From: Candidatus Latescibacterota bacterium
GTDB taxonomy: Bacteria > Latescibacterota > UBA2968 > UBA8231
Length of the DNA stretch: 64,000 nt
Assembly (NCBI GenBank): GCA_965197905.1
Contig: CBDAOB010000004.1
Span: 2,016,001-2,080,000 of the forward strand
Direction of reading: 5' to 3'
Shown: one piece after another, positions 52,345 to 61,841 of the stretch
Position numbering within the stretch: position 1 is the stretch's first letter
Layout of the letters: every line of letters starts with the position of its first letter
The notes under the pieces: generated by a model
What the model was told of the DNA's origin: nothing
The model's database searches: none
Seen by the model: only the letters and a program-made list of their open reading frames with translations
Translations under genes and position numbers: made by a program

Positions 52345-52590
52345 TCCATCTCCGCTGTACGAGGAGTTGGGTTAAGTGTATCCTTAATATGGTATTTGCA
52401 GGTTAATGTTGAACGTTACCACGATTGTTTTGATGGTAAAGAAAGGAGGGATGTGGCGCAGCAACTTTGAGCTTGCGAACAATTACGGGTCCCGTAGATT
52501 CTGGCAGATCTCATGGGCGAGAGTGGTAAACTAATCGCGGTGGTTTCATTTTTTAATCCAGGGGAGTTTTCCCTGAGGAGGAAATCTCAA

Positions 52591-55500
52591 ATGCTTAAGG
52601 GTGGTAGATATTTATTGCTCTTGGCCGCATTCATCGTGGGGCTGAGTATGGTAGCAGGGGTCGAGGACGCCGAGGCGGCCGAGATTACTTCGGTTACCCT
52701 ATCGACACCTTCTGATAGCGGTGCCTTGAGAGGCATCGACTCAGTCTTCGTGGCGACGGTCACCGTTTTGGACGTACTATTGCCCCCCGACAGTTTGACC
52801 GTGGTCATGTACCTCGTTACCGTAAGTTGGACGGAGGACCAGATGCGAGCCGTGGTCACGGAAAGAGCCCCGTAGGGGATGACGGTTTCGGATCAGCGAC
52901 CCAATTTCGGAGCCCAGGCCCAGATCAGACGGCACTATCGGCGCCGCGGCAACATACGAATCAACGTCTACGACGAAGCAGGCGACGATTATACGGCGAC
53001 GGGTTCGTGGCGGTACTGAAACGCCTGGGGCGGCGTCGAAGCTTTTCGTGGGCGATGCAGATTCGGTTACCTCCGCAATTACGGCTGATGGTGCGACTTT
53101 TACGTGGTACGGAAGGGTAAGCGAGCAGGTTGGTGACGGTCGGCGAGGTTCGTGTGGCAGCCTTTGCCCTCGACGGTCCCGTCGACGACTATCGACGGCC
53201 GGCGTAGCGCCGAGCTGGACGATATTTCGCCGGTTGTTATCTCTCCAGACAGCCACGCTATGAGCCTCGACGGCGACAGGCCGGACGGGGCCAGTCGCCT
53301 TCGCCAACGCCGCCTTCGTCCCCCTCCACGTGGATTGAATCAAGTTGACTACTTGGGAGGATCAACGATCCCGCTACATGTGCTGGACGATCGGCTTCCG
53401 GTACCTTAACCCTGGCGACTGACTAAGCCGACCCGCACCGTTGGATACATCCGACCATCAGCGCCATCCACAGAACTCACGGAGCCATGGTCGACGGTTT
53501 CACGGACGGCCCAAGGAAGTTCTAGGCATTGGAGATTCCGTGTCCATACGGGTAAAGATGGGCGCATCGGCCGATCGACGTTTTGCGGTCGGATTCGCTC
53601 ACAGTCGTTGCCGATCTCTTCGGGAAGGCTTTCACATTCGACAAGGGCAACCGGAGCGGAGACACCCTCCGGTTCACGTTGGAGTTGAGCGAAGGTCTAT
53701 TCGGGGCTGGCACTTTGGCCTGCTGCGCAGGCATGGACGAGGTCGTGTCGGATACCTTCGAGATCTTTTACGTCGACAAGGCCGGTAACCGGAGCGCATT
53801 CGGTCCCAATCAAATCCCGGCTGGTGTAACCGCCACAGTGGGATTCATGGTCGACACGAAGGCGCCCGTCTTGGATGGGGAGGTCGTCGACGGCGACACC
53901 ATTCTGCCGGTAAGCACGGATACGATTACTGACGGAACTCTTCGTGGACAATCTCTCCGATCTGACTATCGGCTACCCGGATGACGTCAACGCAGTTCAA
54001 TGGATTCTCGCCGAGGCTCTTGACACGCTCTTCATTACCTTTGATGGAGCGGACACAGACGTCACAATTGGCATTCCCGGTAACATCAACCCCAATGACA
54101 GCGGCAAGGAGACAATCACCGGAGACAACGCTCTATTGGCCGGTATGGCAAGAACCCTCGACTTCACCGCCTGGGCGACTTTGGCACCGACACTGAACCC
54201 GATTCACGATCAGTTGGGATTCAGCTCTTTGGTGCCGACGTTGCCGACAGTTGCCTACAAGGGACCCACGTGCTACACAGTCCTACACTGGATCCCTAGC
54301 CGTGTCGCCTACACTTATCGCGGCGGGCAGTACAGCGGATTCGATCGTTACGGGAATGCATACCGTCAAATTCCGCGGGAAGGATTTCGGTGGCAATCTA
54401 GGGCCAGAGCTTTCCAGAACGAACGTCTATCTGGATTTGGATGACATTGGGCTGGGCCGATTGTTCCCGTCCAAGGAGGCTTTCGGTTCAATTACCGACA
54501 CCCGTCAGGACACCATCGAAGAAGAGACCTCGAGGGTCATCTTCCAGCTGAGTGAGCCGGCAGACAGTGTGTTGATTGTCTACCAAGGCATCAGTGGCCC
54601 CGACAACGAGAAAACCAGAACCCGCCGATTGTCAGGAACCGAGCTTACCAAGACCGACGGCCAACAAACCTTCGAGATCGACTCGCTTGCCAATGGCACG
54701 GAATACGTCCTGTCAGTGTTGGCGCGCGATCTGGCTGGCAACTTCGTGCGCTCACGCGCAGACACATTCCTGTACGACACCAGTTTCGTGGTGCCGATTA
54801 TCCAGCGTTTTACCATTGCTATAGAGGGCCGGGAGGCAGGACTTGACAGCCACCGCACCGCCGGCGAGCCGACAGTTCTAATTATCCAGGCGGATGCCAC
54901 CACCGATGACTCCCGCGAGGCGGTGACCTACGGGTCCGAAGCCATCCTGAAGGTTGTCGGTGGCACCGGGGTTTCGTTGACGGGCACGGGTGTCACAGAT
55001 GCAGGCGGTGGTCGCGCCACGTTGAACTCGAACGGCTGGGTGGTTGGACGCCGTACCGTTACACTCAACGACACGGCATCCATAGATACGCTAACCGTGT
55101 CTATCGTAGACTCGACTACCTCGGGTGGGCCGTTCGCCGGTGCGCTCGACTCGGTCATCGTTTACGATCCCGCTGATTTCAGCCAGATCGTAGTTGCCGC
55201 ACCTGCAACCGCTACGCAAGGCACCGCCTTCTGGGTCGGCCTCACCGTGGCAGACAAGTTTAATAACACGCGTACCATCGATGATGATCGGTACGTTACG
55301 ATTGCCGCCAACAAACTTGGTGTCGATTTGCCGGTAGGCGACATCCTCGTCAAGGAAGGCAGTGGCGGCTTCTGGGCGAATTCCACCGGATTCAGCGGTG
55401 TCGACCTCGTCTTTACTGCACGTACTCTCGTAAGCACAGAACCTGAGGAGGGGGCCCCTGACACCGGTGGCAACTTCATCGATGGTAAATCGGCCAGCGT

Positions 55501-57415
55501 TAACGTAGCTGCGAGTGGAACCACCACGATCGACGCACCTGACACCCTAATCGCCGCCGATTACACCGGTGCCGATGGGAGTGGTGATCAGGGTGGTTTC
55601 GTAATGTTGACCTTCGACAACTCCACCAGTCACGAAACCTTGACCGCTTACCGCGTCTGGCGCGAAGTCAGCGTCAGCTACCGCACCTCCACAGCGGCGG
55701 ATTCAACAACCTCCGCCCTCGTGGCGCTCGCCGAGCCGACGGCCGAATTCGTCCCGTGGGCCAAGGTGGATGCGGTGCCGGGTGTTAGCCTCAATAATGT
55801 CATAGTGGCGACACTGGATAATGTTGAGACCCGCTGGGCGGTTTCAGCCGAAAGTGGCCGCACAACCAGTGCATCGACGGCTGCCAAACAGGCATTCGGC
55901 GATCTCGCAACGGTCGGGGCAGCATACGACTTGATGGCTGAAACGATGGTGGAAAGCAAACAAGCTATCGTCCAGGTTGAGGGTCCGGTGTTCGCGAATC
56001 TGACACCTGAGGCGCTGGCTTATGTCGAAAAGGGAATCGCCCTTCGATTGAAGGACACGGAGAGCGCGACTCGTAGCTCGATTCGGACCTACACTGAAGG
56101 TGCCATTCGCGCGGTCGACAACATCGCTCCGGAGCCCGTGGCTTTCTTGCGGGCTCTCGATACTCCGAGTGATGCTGGTTCCAGCGTCAGTCTGCTGTGG
56201 AGCAAGTCGGAATCTGACAGAATGATGCCTCGCTTTGCGGCTGGCGCTGTGGGCAACGGCACCATTGGTGATCAGGTTGCCGGTGTGAAGGGTTACAACG
56301 TGTATCGCAAGATCGCTGACGGAGAGTTCGCCCTGGTCGGCAAGGCTGGCGCGGGCGAGACAACCTTCACCGATCTTAGTGCCTTCAACGGCATTAGGTA
56401 CACGTATGCAGTTACGCCATACGATGAGGACAATCTAGCTGACGGCGGTCTCGAGAGAACCGCCATGGCCATTCGCAACCACGTGATCGACAAGTCGGGC
56501 AAGCCGGTAATCGGCCTCTTCGGCGCTGACAGTCGCGTTGGCTTCGATGATTTCTTCATCTTCTCCGACAACTTCGGTCTCGACGCCGGAAGTCAGGATT
56601 TTGAGCCTGCTTTCGACCTGAGCCCGAACAACAAGATTGATTTCGACGACTTCTTCGTATTCGTCGATTACTTCGGTCGCAGTATCGAAGCCTCCGGCAA
56701 GGTGGTACCTCTCACTGCCGGTCGCAACAGTGAAGCAAGCCTCTACCTTGAGGCCTCAGCTGCACTGCCGAGGGTAGGCGAAGAGATGGCAATTGAGGTC
56801 GAGCTGGCTGACTTTGTCGGGGTCAAGGGTTATGGCTTCACGGTCAATTACGATGCAGAGACCCTGGAGTTCGTAAAGGTGACTTCGGAGAGAAGCTTGC
56901 TCGGAGAAACGGAATTGGCGCAACCGCGAATCATCTCGAAGACCGAAGGAACGATTTCGGTCGCCGCCTACGGACAGACGGTCGACAAGGGCGAACTGGA
57001 CATGAGCCTGATCTTCCGTTCAACGGCAGAGATTGAGGATGGACGCCTCTACTTCAGCGAGGGCGAGCTGCGAGACGGCAATTTTGCCGTCAACCAGGTG
57101 GCACGGCTGGGTGAGGTCCAAATCCAAACTCGACCCGAGGCCTTCGCGTTGGCCAACAACTACCCGAACCCGTTTAATCCGGAAACGACCATCAAGTACG
57201 CGCTTCCTGATCCTGTTGATGTAAGATTGGAGATTTACAACATGCTGGGTCAGCAGGTGCGCACACTTGTTGCAGAACCGCAGAACGCCGGTCGTTACAC
57301 GGTTAAGTGGGATGCTACAAACGAGAGTGGACATTCACTCTCGACCGGAATTTACTTCTACCGCTTGGTAGCTGGCGAGTTCCACAAGGTCGAGAAGATG
57401 CTACTCTTGAAGTAG
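52591..57415 (+). CDS. Large secreted surface protein (about 1600 codons) with Ig/FN3-like, dockerin-like, cohesin-like and FlgD-Ig/T9SS-type C-terminal domains; multiple frameshifts in about 52820-54260
   Basis: GAGGAGG RBS and signal peptide MLKGGRYLLLLAAF...AEA. Beta-rich fragments alternate between frames, then the frame is intact from 54251 to 57415 and ends NYPNPFNPETTI...GIYFYRL...KMLLLK. Confidence 0.75.
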
Positions 57416-57435
57416 CAGCATAGAGTCATTGTCGA

Positions 57436-57473
57436 TGAGATGGGGCTCCTCTGAATCAGGGGGCTCCATCTCA
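57436..57473 (+). terminator. Long intergenic stem-loop (weak terminator or mRNA stabiliser)
   Basis: TGAGATGGGGCTCCTCTG-AAT-CAGGGGGCTCCATCTCA with no strong U-tract. Confidence 0.65.
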
Positions 57474-57531
57474 CTATTATCCCAATGACGTTTCACATTT
57501 CAGGCCAAATCAAAGAGAGGAGTTACAGCTG

Positions 57532-59100
57532 ATGCGTAACCGCGTGAGTAGATTCGCGCTGCTTGCCATCGCTTTGGTTTTCGCAGTGGGAAGCACTGCT
57601 TTTGGCGGCGAAAACGCAGATGCAGTGGTCACTCTTACCAGTTCGAGCGAAGTGTCCGCCGGGCCTGGTGATACGATATCGGTCGCTCTATCAGCTTCGG
57701 GTATGGTGGCTGTCAAGCAGATTGATTGGACAGTACAGGTATCCTCTGCAGACGCATTCGATTTTACCGTATACACTGAGGATAACGGAGGATTCTCCCC
57801 GGACACTGGTGAATCGGTGCTAGTCGACGAACCGGTTGGGCTTTTTGGGGCTAATTTCACTGGTCCTGAATTTCCCGACGGAATCGACGGTGATAAGGTT
57901 AAAGTCGCGTTCGCGCAGTTGGGCGGAAGCGAACTGAGCGGTGAGAGATCGTTAGGCGAGCTTAGGCTCGTAACAAGCAGTAGCTTCACGAGCGACACCG
58001 AAGTCACATTGACCGTCTCCGAGGTCACCCTAGGGCAGAGCGCCAATGAGCAGGACGTTTTCGTCGCCGACGACCTTGGAATAACCGTTACGGTCAATCC
58101 GCCTGCACCGCCGGTAACCGAGCCGACGCTGACCGCAACTTCAGACACGGATGTCAGCCTCGACTACGGCGATACGGCAACCTTCTCCGTGGCATTTACG
58201 GATGCATCGGGAGACGGCGCTTCCGGACAGGCCATAACCTGGAGCATTAGCAACAACGGCTCCGAGTCTGTCACATTAGGCGACGGAACCGAAATCGCAG
58301 CCGGCAATGACATTACGGCCGAGAGCGAGACAGACTCTGACGGAGACGCCAGCGTAAGTATTTCCTCGGACGCTGATAGGGACGCGGGTACCACGAGCAT
58401 TTCGGTCGAAGCCAGCACCTCGGCAAACAACTCCGAGGGTACCTCGCGTGACTTAGAGGTCGGATTCAGCGCTACTTGGGATGTGCCCGTTCCAGCTGAG
58501 TTGGCTTCCTTTGCAGCTGAGGTTAGTTTCGACAACGAAGTGACCCTTCATTGGGGCGTCGCTTCACAGTCGAACAATGTGGGTTGGGAAGTCTATCGGA
58601 GCGTGGATCAAGCCCAGTTCCATCAAATTGGCGAGCTCATTCCAGGCGATGGAACGACGGATCAGTTCAGAACGTATTCGTTCGAAGATGCTGATCTTCC
58701 CGATGCGTCCAAGGTTTACTACTATCTGCGGCAGATCGACCTCGACGGTAGCACCGCACGATCGGAAGTCATCGAGGTCTCGATCAGCTCGACGCTCATA
58801 AATCAGCAGATATTGCCGTTGGCGAACGAGTTGCGTCAGAACTTTCCGAACCCGTTCAATCCTGAGACTACGATATCTTTCGACCTAGATGACCATGCCA
58901 TCGTGAGTCTTCGCATTTACGATGTAACCGGCCAACTGGTCAGAGAGTTGATCAGCGAGGAGAATTTCGCTGCCGGCAGGTATGAACGACTTTGGGATGG
59001 ACGAGACAACACGGGCGCTACCGTGGGAAGTGGACTTTATCTTTACCGCATACAGTCGGAAAAGTTCACGGCGATGAGGAAGATGGTGCTACTGAAGTAA
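57532..59100 (+). CDS. Secreted protein with cohesin-like N-terminal domain, Ig-like middle and FlgD-Ig/T9SS-type C-terminal domain
   Basis: Signal peptide, Pro/Thr linker, VPAELASF..., and NFPNPFNPETTI...SGLYLYR...KMVLLK. Confidence 0.85.
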   Translation: MRNRVSRFALLAIALVFAVGSTAFGGENADAVVTLTSSSEVSAGPGDTISVALSASGMVAVKQIDWTVQVSSADAFDFTVYTEDNGGFSPDTGESVLVDEPVGLFGANFTGPEFPDGIDGDKVKVAFAQLGGSELSGERSLGELRLVTSSSFTSDTEVTLTVSEVTLGQSANEQDVFVADDLGITVTVNPPAPPVTEPTLTATSDTDVSLDYGDTATFSVAFTDASGDGASGQAITWSISNNGSESVTLGDGTEIAAGNDITAESETDSDGDASVSISSDADRDAGTTSISVEASTSANNSEGTSRDLEVGFSATWDVPVPAELASFAAEVSFDNEVTLHWGVASQSNNVGWEVYRSVDQAQFHQIGELIPGDGTTDQFRTYSFEDADLPDASKVYYYLRQIDLDGSTARSEVIEVSISSTLINQQILPLANELRQNFPNPFNPETTISFDLDDHAIVSLRIYDVTGQLVRELISEENFAAGRYERLWDGRDNTGATVGSGLYLYRIQSEKFTAMRKMVLLK

Positions 59101-59127
59101 GTTTGTTGGATATAACAGAAGGTTGCT

Positions 59128-59163
59128 GGGGCCGTTGATTCGTCAACGGCCCCTTCTTTTTTT
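59128..59163 (+). terminator. Rho-independent terminator
   Basis: GGGGCCGTTGA-TTCG-TCAACGGCCCC followed by TTCTTTTTTT. Confidence 0.9.
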
Positions 59164-59186
59164 GTCAGAAGGCACCGAAACCGTAT

Positions 59187-59450
59187 ATGAACCTCCAGCT
59201 GTTATATTTCGCCCAGCTCCGGGAGAAGATAGGGGCCAGGGAAGACCATTTGGAACTGCCCCTAGGATCCTCGGTCAGTGACCTGCGGCAGCACTTGCTC
59301 GAATTATATCCCCAGATGAAGAACACTCTAGATGGGGTTGCGATCGCAGTCAACTTGGAGTACGCGGAAGATGAACGCATATTGTCAGAAGGTGATTCGG
59401 TGGCGCTGATTCCGCCTGTTTCCGGAGGTCGCCATGATAAAGATAGTTGA
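59187..59450 (+). CDS. moaD: Molybdopterin synthase sulfur carrier subunit, with six residues after the GG
   Basis: YFAQLRE, AVN and GDSVALIPPVSGG followed by RHDKDS. Confidence 0.88.
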   Translation: MNLQLLYFAQLREKIGAREDHLELPLGSSVSDLRQHLLELYPQMKNTLDGVAIAVNLEYAEDERILSEGDSVALIPPVSGGRHDKDS

Positions 59451-59865
59451 AGATCCAATTAGACCGGAAGAGCTGTTCGGAACCGTTTTATCTGAAGATG
59501 ACGGTGCCATAGTGAGCTTTAGTGGCGTGGTCCGTAACCAAACTAACGGCAAGCGAACGAATCATCTGGTCTATGAGGCATACCCTGAGATGGCTGAGGC
59601 CAAAATGGTGCAGATTTCTACTGAAGCGAGCAAACAATGGCAATTGGACCAGGTTGCCATTCTTCATCGCATCGGAAGGTTAGAGGTCGGCGAAATCAGT
59701 GTGTTGATCGCGGTGTCGAGTCCGCATCGCCGGGAGGCATTCGCCGCATGTCAGTACGTGATTGACCGCCTCAAAGAAGTAGTTCCGATCTGGAAGAAAG
59801 AGGTTGGAGACGATGGCGAGTTTTGGGTTGAAGGACCGGATCATGCCTCCGCCACTACTTCATGA
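59434..59865 (+). CDS. moaE: Molybdopterin synthase catalytic subunit
   Basis: GAIVSFSGVVR, YEAYPEMA, HRIG, SPHR and KEVVPIWKKE. Confidence 0.94.
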   Translation: MIKIVEDPIRPEELFGTVLSEDDGAIVSFSGVVRNQTNGKRTNHLVYEAYPEMAEAKMVQISTEASKQWQLDQVAILHRIGRLEVGEISVLIAVSSPHRREAFAACQYVIDRLKEVVPIWKKEVGDDGEFWVEGPDHASATTS

Positions 59866-60365
59866 CCGTCGAAAATTTCAGTTGGGTGATACAGGGAGTT
59901 TTGGCCGGTTCAGGACAGGTTTTCGGAAATGACTGGAGGTACAGCCCGAGCGTCATCGAAACGAAGGGGGATCTCGAACAGATCCACGATGAAGGGATAA
60001 GGGCGGTTGTATCGCTAACTACGATTCCGCTTGACTCTGAGGGGCTTACGAAATGCGATATTCAATATCTCCACTTACCCGTCATGGACATGCAAGCCCC
60101 AACGTTGGAGGTGATCGAGCGTTTCGTGGAATTTGTGAACTGCTCTCGGAAGGCTGAGCGTCCAGTTCTGGTTCATTGTGGGGCCGGGTTGGGCAGGACC
60201 GGAACTGCAATTGCCTGCTATCTCGTGTCTGAGGGGGCGAGCGGTCCAGAAGCCCTGGAAAAGGTCCGTTCGATGCGTCCTGGTTCGGTGGAAACCATTG
60301 AACAGGAAGCTCTTATTCATAGGTACCATCGACACCTCGATCAGAAGAAAGACCGTAATCCCTAG
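59862..60365 (+). CDS. Dual-specificity protein phosphatase family
   Basis: NFSWV, HCGAGLGRT (CX5R) and RPGSVET.EQ. Confidence 0.9.
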   Translation: MTVENFSWVIQGVLAGSGQVFGNDWRYSPSVIETKGDLEQIHDEGIRAVVSLTTIPLDSEGLTKCDIQYLHLPVMDMQAPTLEVIERFVEFVNCSRKAERPVLVHCGAGLGRTGTAIACYLVSEGASGPEALEKVRSMRPGSVETIEQEALIHRYHRHLDQKKDRNP

Positions 60366-60380
60366 GCATCCCCATCCGAG

Positions 60381-60409
60381 TTGACAGTGAAAGTTCAGCT
60401 GGCTAAATT
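60381..60409 (+). promoter_or_regulatory. Sigma70-type promoter
   Basis: TTGACA-N17-TAAATT. Confidence 0.65.
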
Positions 60410-60499
60410 GGGGCAACCTGCGGTTCTTTGACGGTAGGTGAGACTGGTCGTCCACGGTTTCCCCGTGGTCGGTCCATAAAATAGGGACGGGAGGTCAAA

Positions 60500-60694
60500 A
60501 TGGAACTAAACAATCTACCAACATGTCTGGCATGCACGAAGGCGGTTCTAGTCCCCCTCTCGGACTATGGCCGGGACGGGGCCGCGATTCACTTCAAAGC
60601 CTGGGCTTGTACCAATCCTGAGTGCGGGTTTCACATGCGCATAGACAATGGCGAGCTTAGTATTGGCCGAGAAATCAAGGAATCTTATAAGTAA
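60500..60694 (+). CDS. Small zinc-ribbon-like hypothetical protein (64 aa)
   Basis: CLAC...CTNPEC, GGAGG RBS, and its own promoter and terminator. Confidence 0.8.
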   Translation: MELNNLPTCLACTKAVLVPLSDYGRDGAAIHFKAWACTNPECGFHMRIDNGELSIGREIKESYK

Positions 60695-60734
60695 GACTAG
60701 TAGCTTTCGCCCCAACACAATCTCGTCCTCAACT

Positions 60735-60757
60735 GGCTCCAGTAGGGAGCCTTTTTT
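60735..60757 (+). terminator. Rho-independent terminator
   Basis: GGCTCC-AGTAG-GGAGCC-TTTTTT. Confidence 0.75.
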
Positions 60758-60775
60758 ATCTTTTGCCTCGAATAA

Positions 60776-61708
60776 ATGAGCAATATACGACTGGGTGAGT
60801 GGGGCATTCGGCTGGCAGCCGTGACACTATCCGTTTTCATCTGGTTCCACGCCGTAACCGAGAACACCTACCACAGAGAATTTGACATTCCCATACAAGT
60901 CGGCGAGGTGTCATCCACCTCCGACGACGGTCTTGTGGTGATCGCGAATGAGGTCCCAAATCACGGTCGCGTTGTTGTTGCCGGCCGTGGCAAGGACCTC
61001 CTGCAGCTGGATGCGAACGCCTTCGTTCTGAAAATCCAACCTACAGGACACGCGGGCAGCTCGGCCACGCATCGGTTGTCGGTCTCTGATATCGAGAATC
61101 GAACTGCAAACAGCAGAATCCATGTTGAGCAAATCATTCGCCCGAAGGAAATTGACCTAGAATTCGACGTGCGCGTCGAGCGGGAAATCCTCGTGGATCC
61201 AATAGTAGAAATACGCATCGCTGAAGGACATACCCTGGTGGGCACGTCGACCGTCGAGCCGACTACGGTAACTGCGTACGGACCCAGTAGACAGGTCGCC
61301 GAATTACGAGTTGTAAAAACACACCCTGTTGTGCTGGACGGCGCAAAACAGGATATTCGGCGGCAGCTAATAATTGAGCGACCCTCCGGGACCCGTATCA
61401 CCATAGAACCCAACCAAGTGACGCTTACGGCCGATGTGCAAATCCTCGCGGAGGACGTCATTGAGAGTGTGCCCGTACGGATCAGAAACCTGGACACCAC
61501 TGCCGTAATCGCAGTCCCCTCAAGAGTTAAGGTCAAAGTACGCGGCGGAATCGACATTATCGCTTCCCTCGATCCCGAAAAAGACCTTGACCTATCCGTC
61601 GACTACGGCGCCTATGAAGGCAGCGAACTGTCGATCGAAGCGCCTTCGAACACTATCTTCGAGATTCGCGAAATCTCTCCTCCCGCCGTCCAGTTGGTTG
61701 AGCGGTGA
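60776..61708 (+). CDS. YbbR/CdaR-like domain membrane protein
   Basis: N-terminal TM (LAAVTLSVFIWFH) and repeated P..V.V.G beta domains. Confidence 0.75.
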   Translation: MSNIRLGEWGIRLAAVTLSVFIWFHAVTENTYHREFDIPIQVGEVSSTSDDGLVVIANEVPNHGRVVVAGRGKDLLQLDANAFVLKIQPTGHAGSSATHRLSVSDIENRTANSRIHVEQIIRPKEIDLEFDVRVEREILVDPIVEIRIAEGHTLVGTSTVEPTTVTAYGPSRQVAELRVVKTHPVVLDGAKQDIRRQLIIERPSGTRITIEPNQVTLTADVQILAEDVIESVPVRIRNLDTTAVIAVPSRVKVKVRGGIDIIASLDPEKDLDLSVDYGAYEGSELSIEAPSNTIFEIREISPPAVQLVER

Positions 61709-61841
61709 GTCTTCCGGCCTCAGCGATTCGACATTATTTGCGTCCAGCTACCTCCCGACCGCAAATTCTCTCCTTCCTCTTAGCTCTTATCGTTCCGAGA
61801 CCCGAGGTGGCTGTCTGCGCTGGGCGGTTTGAGGTTCGAAA

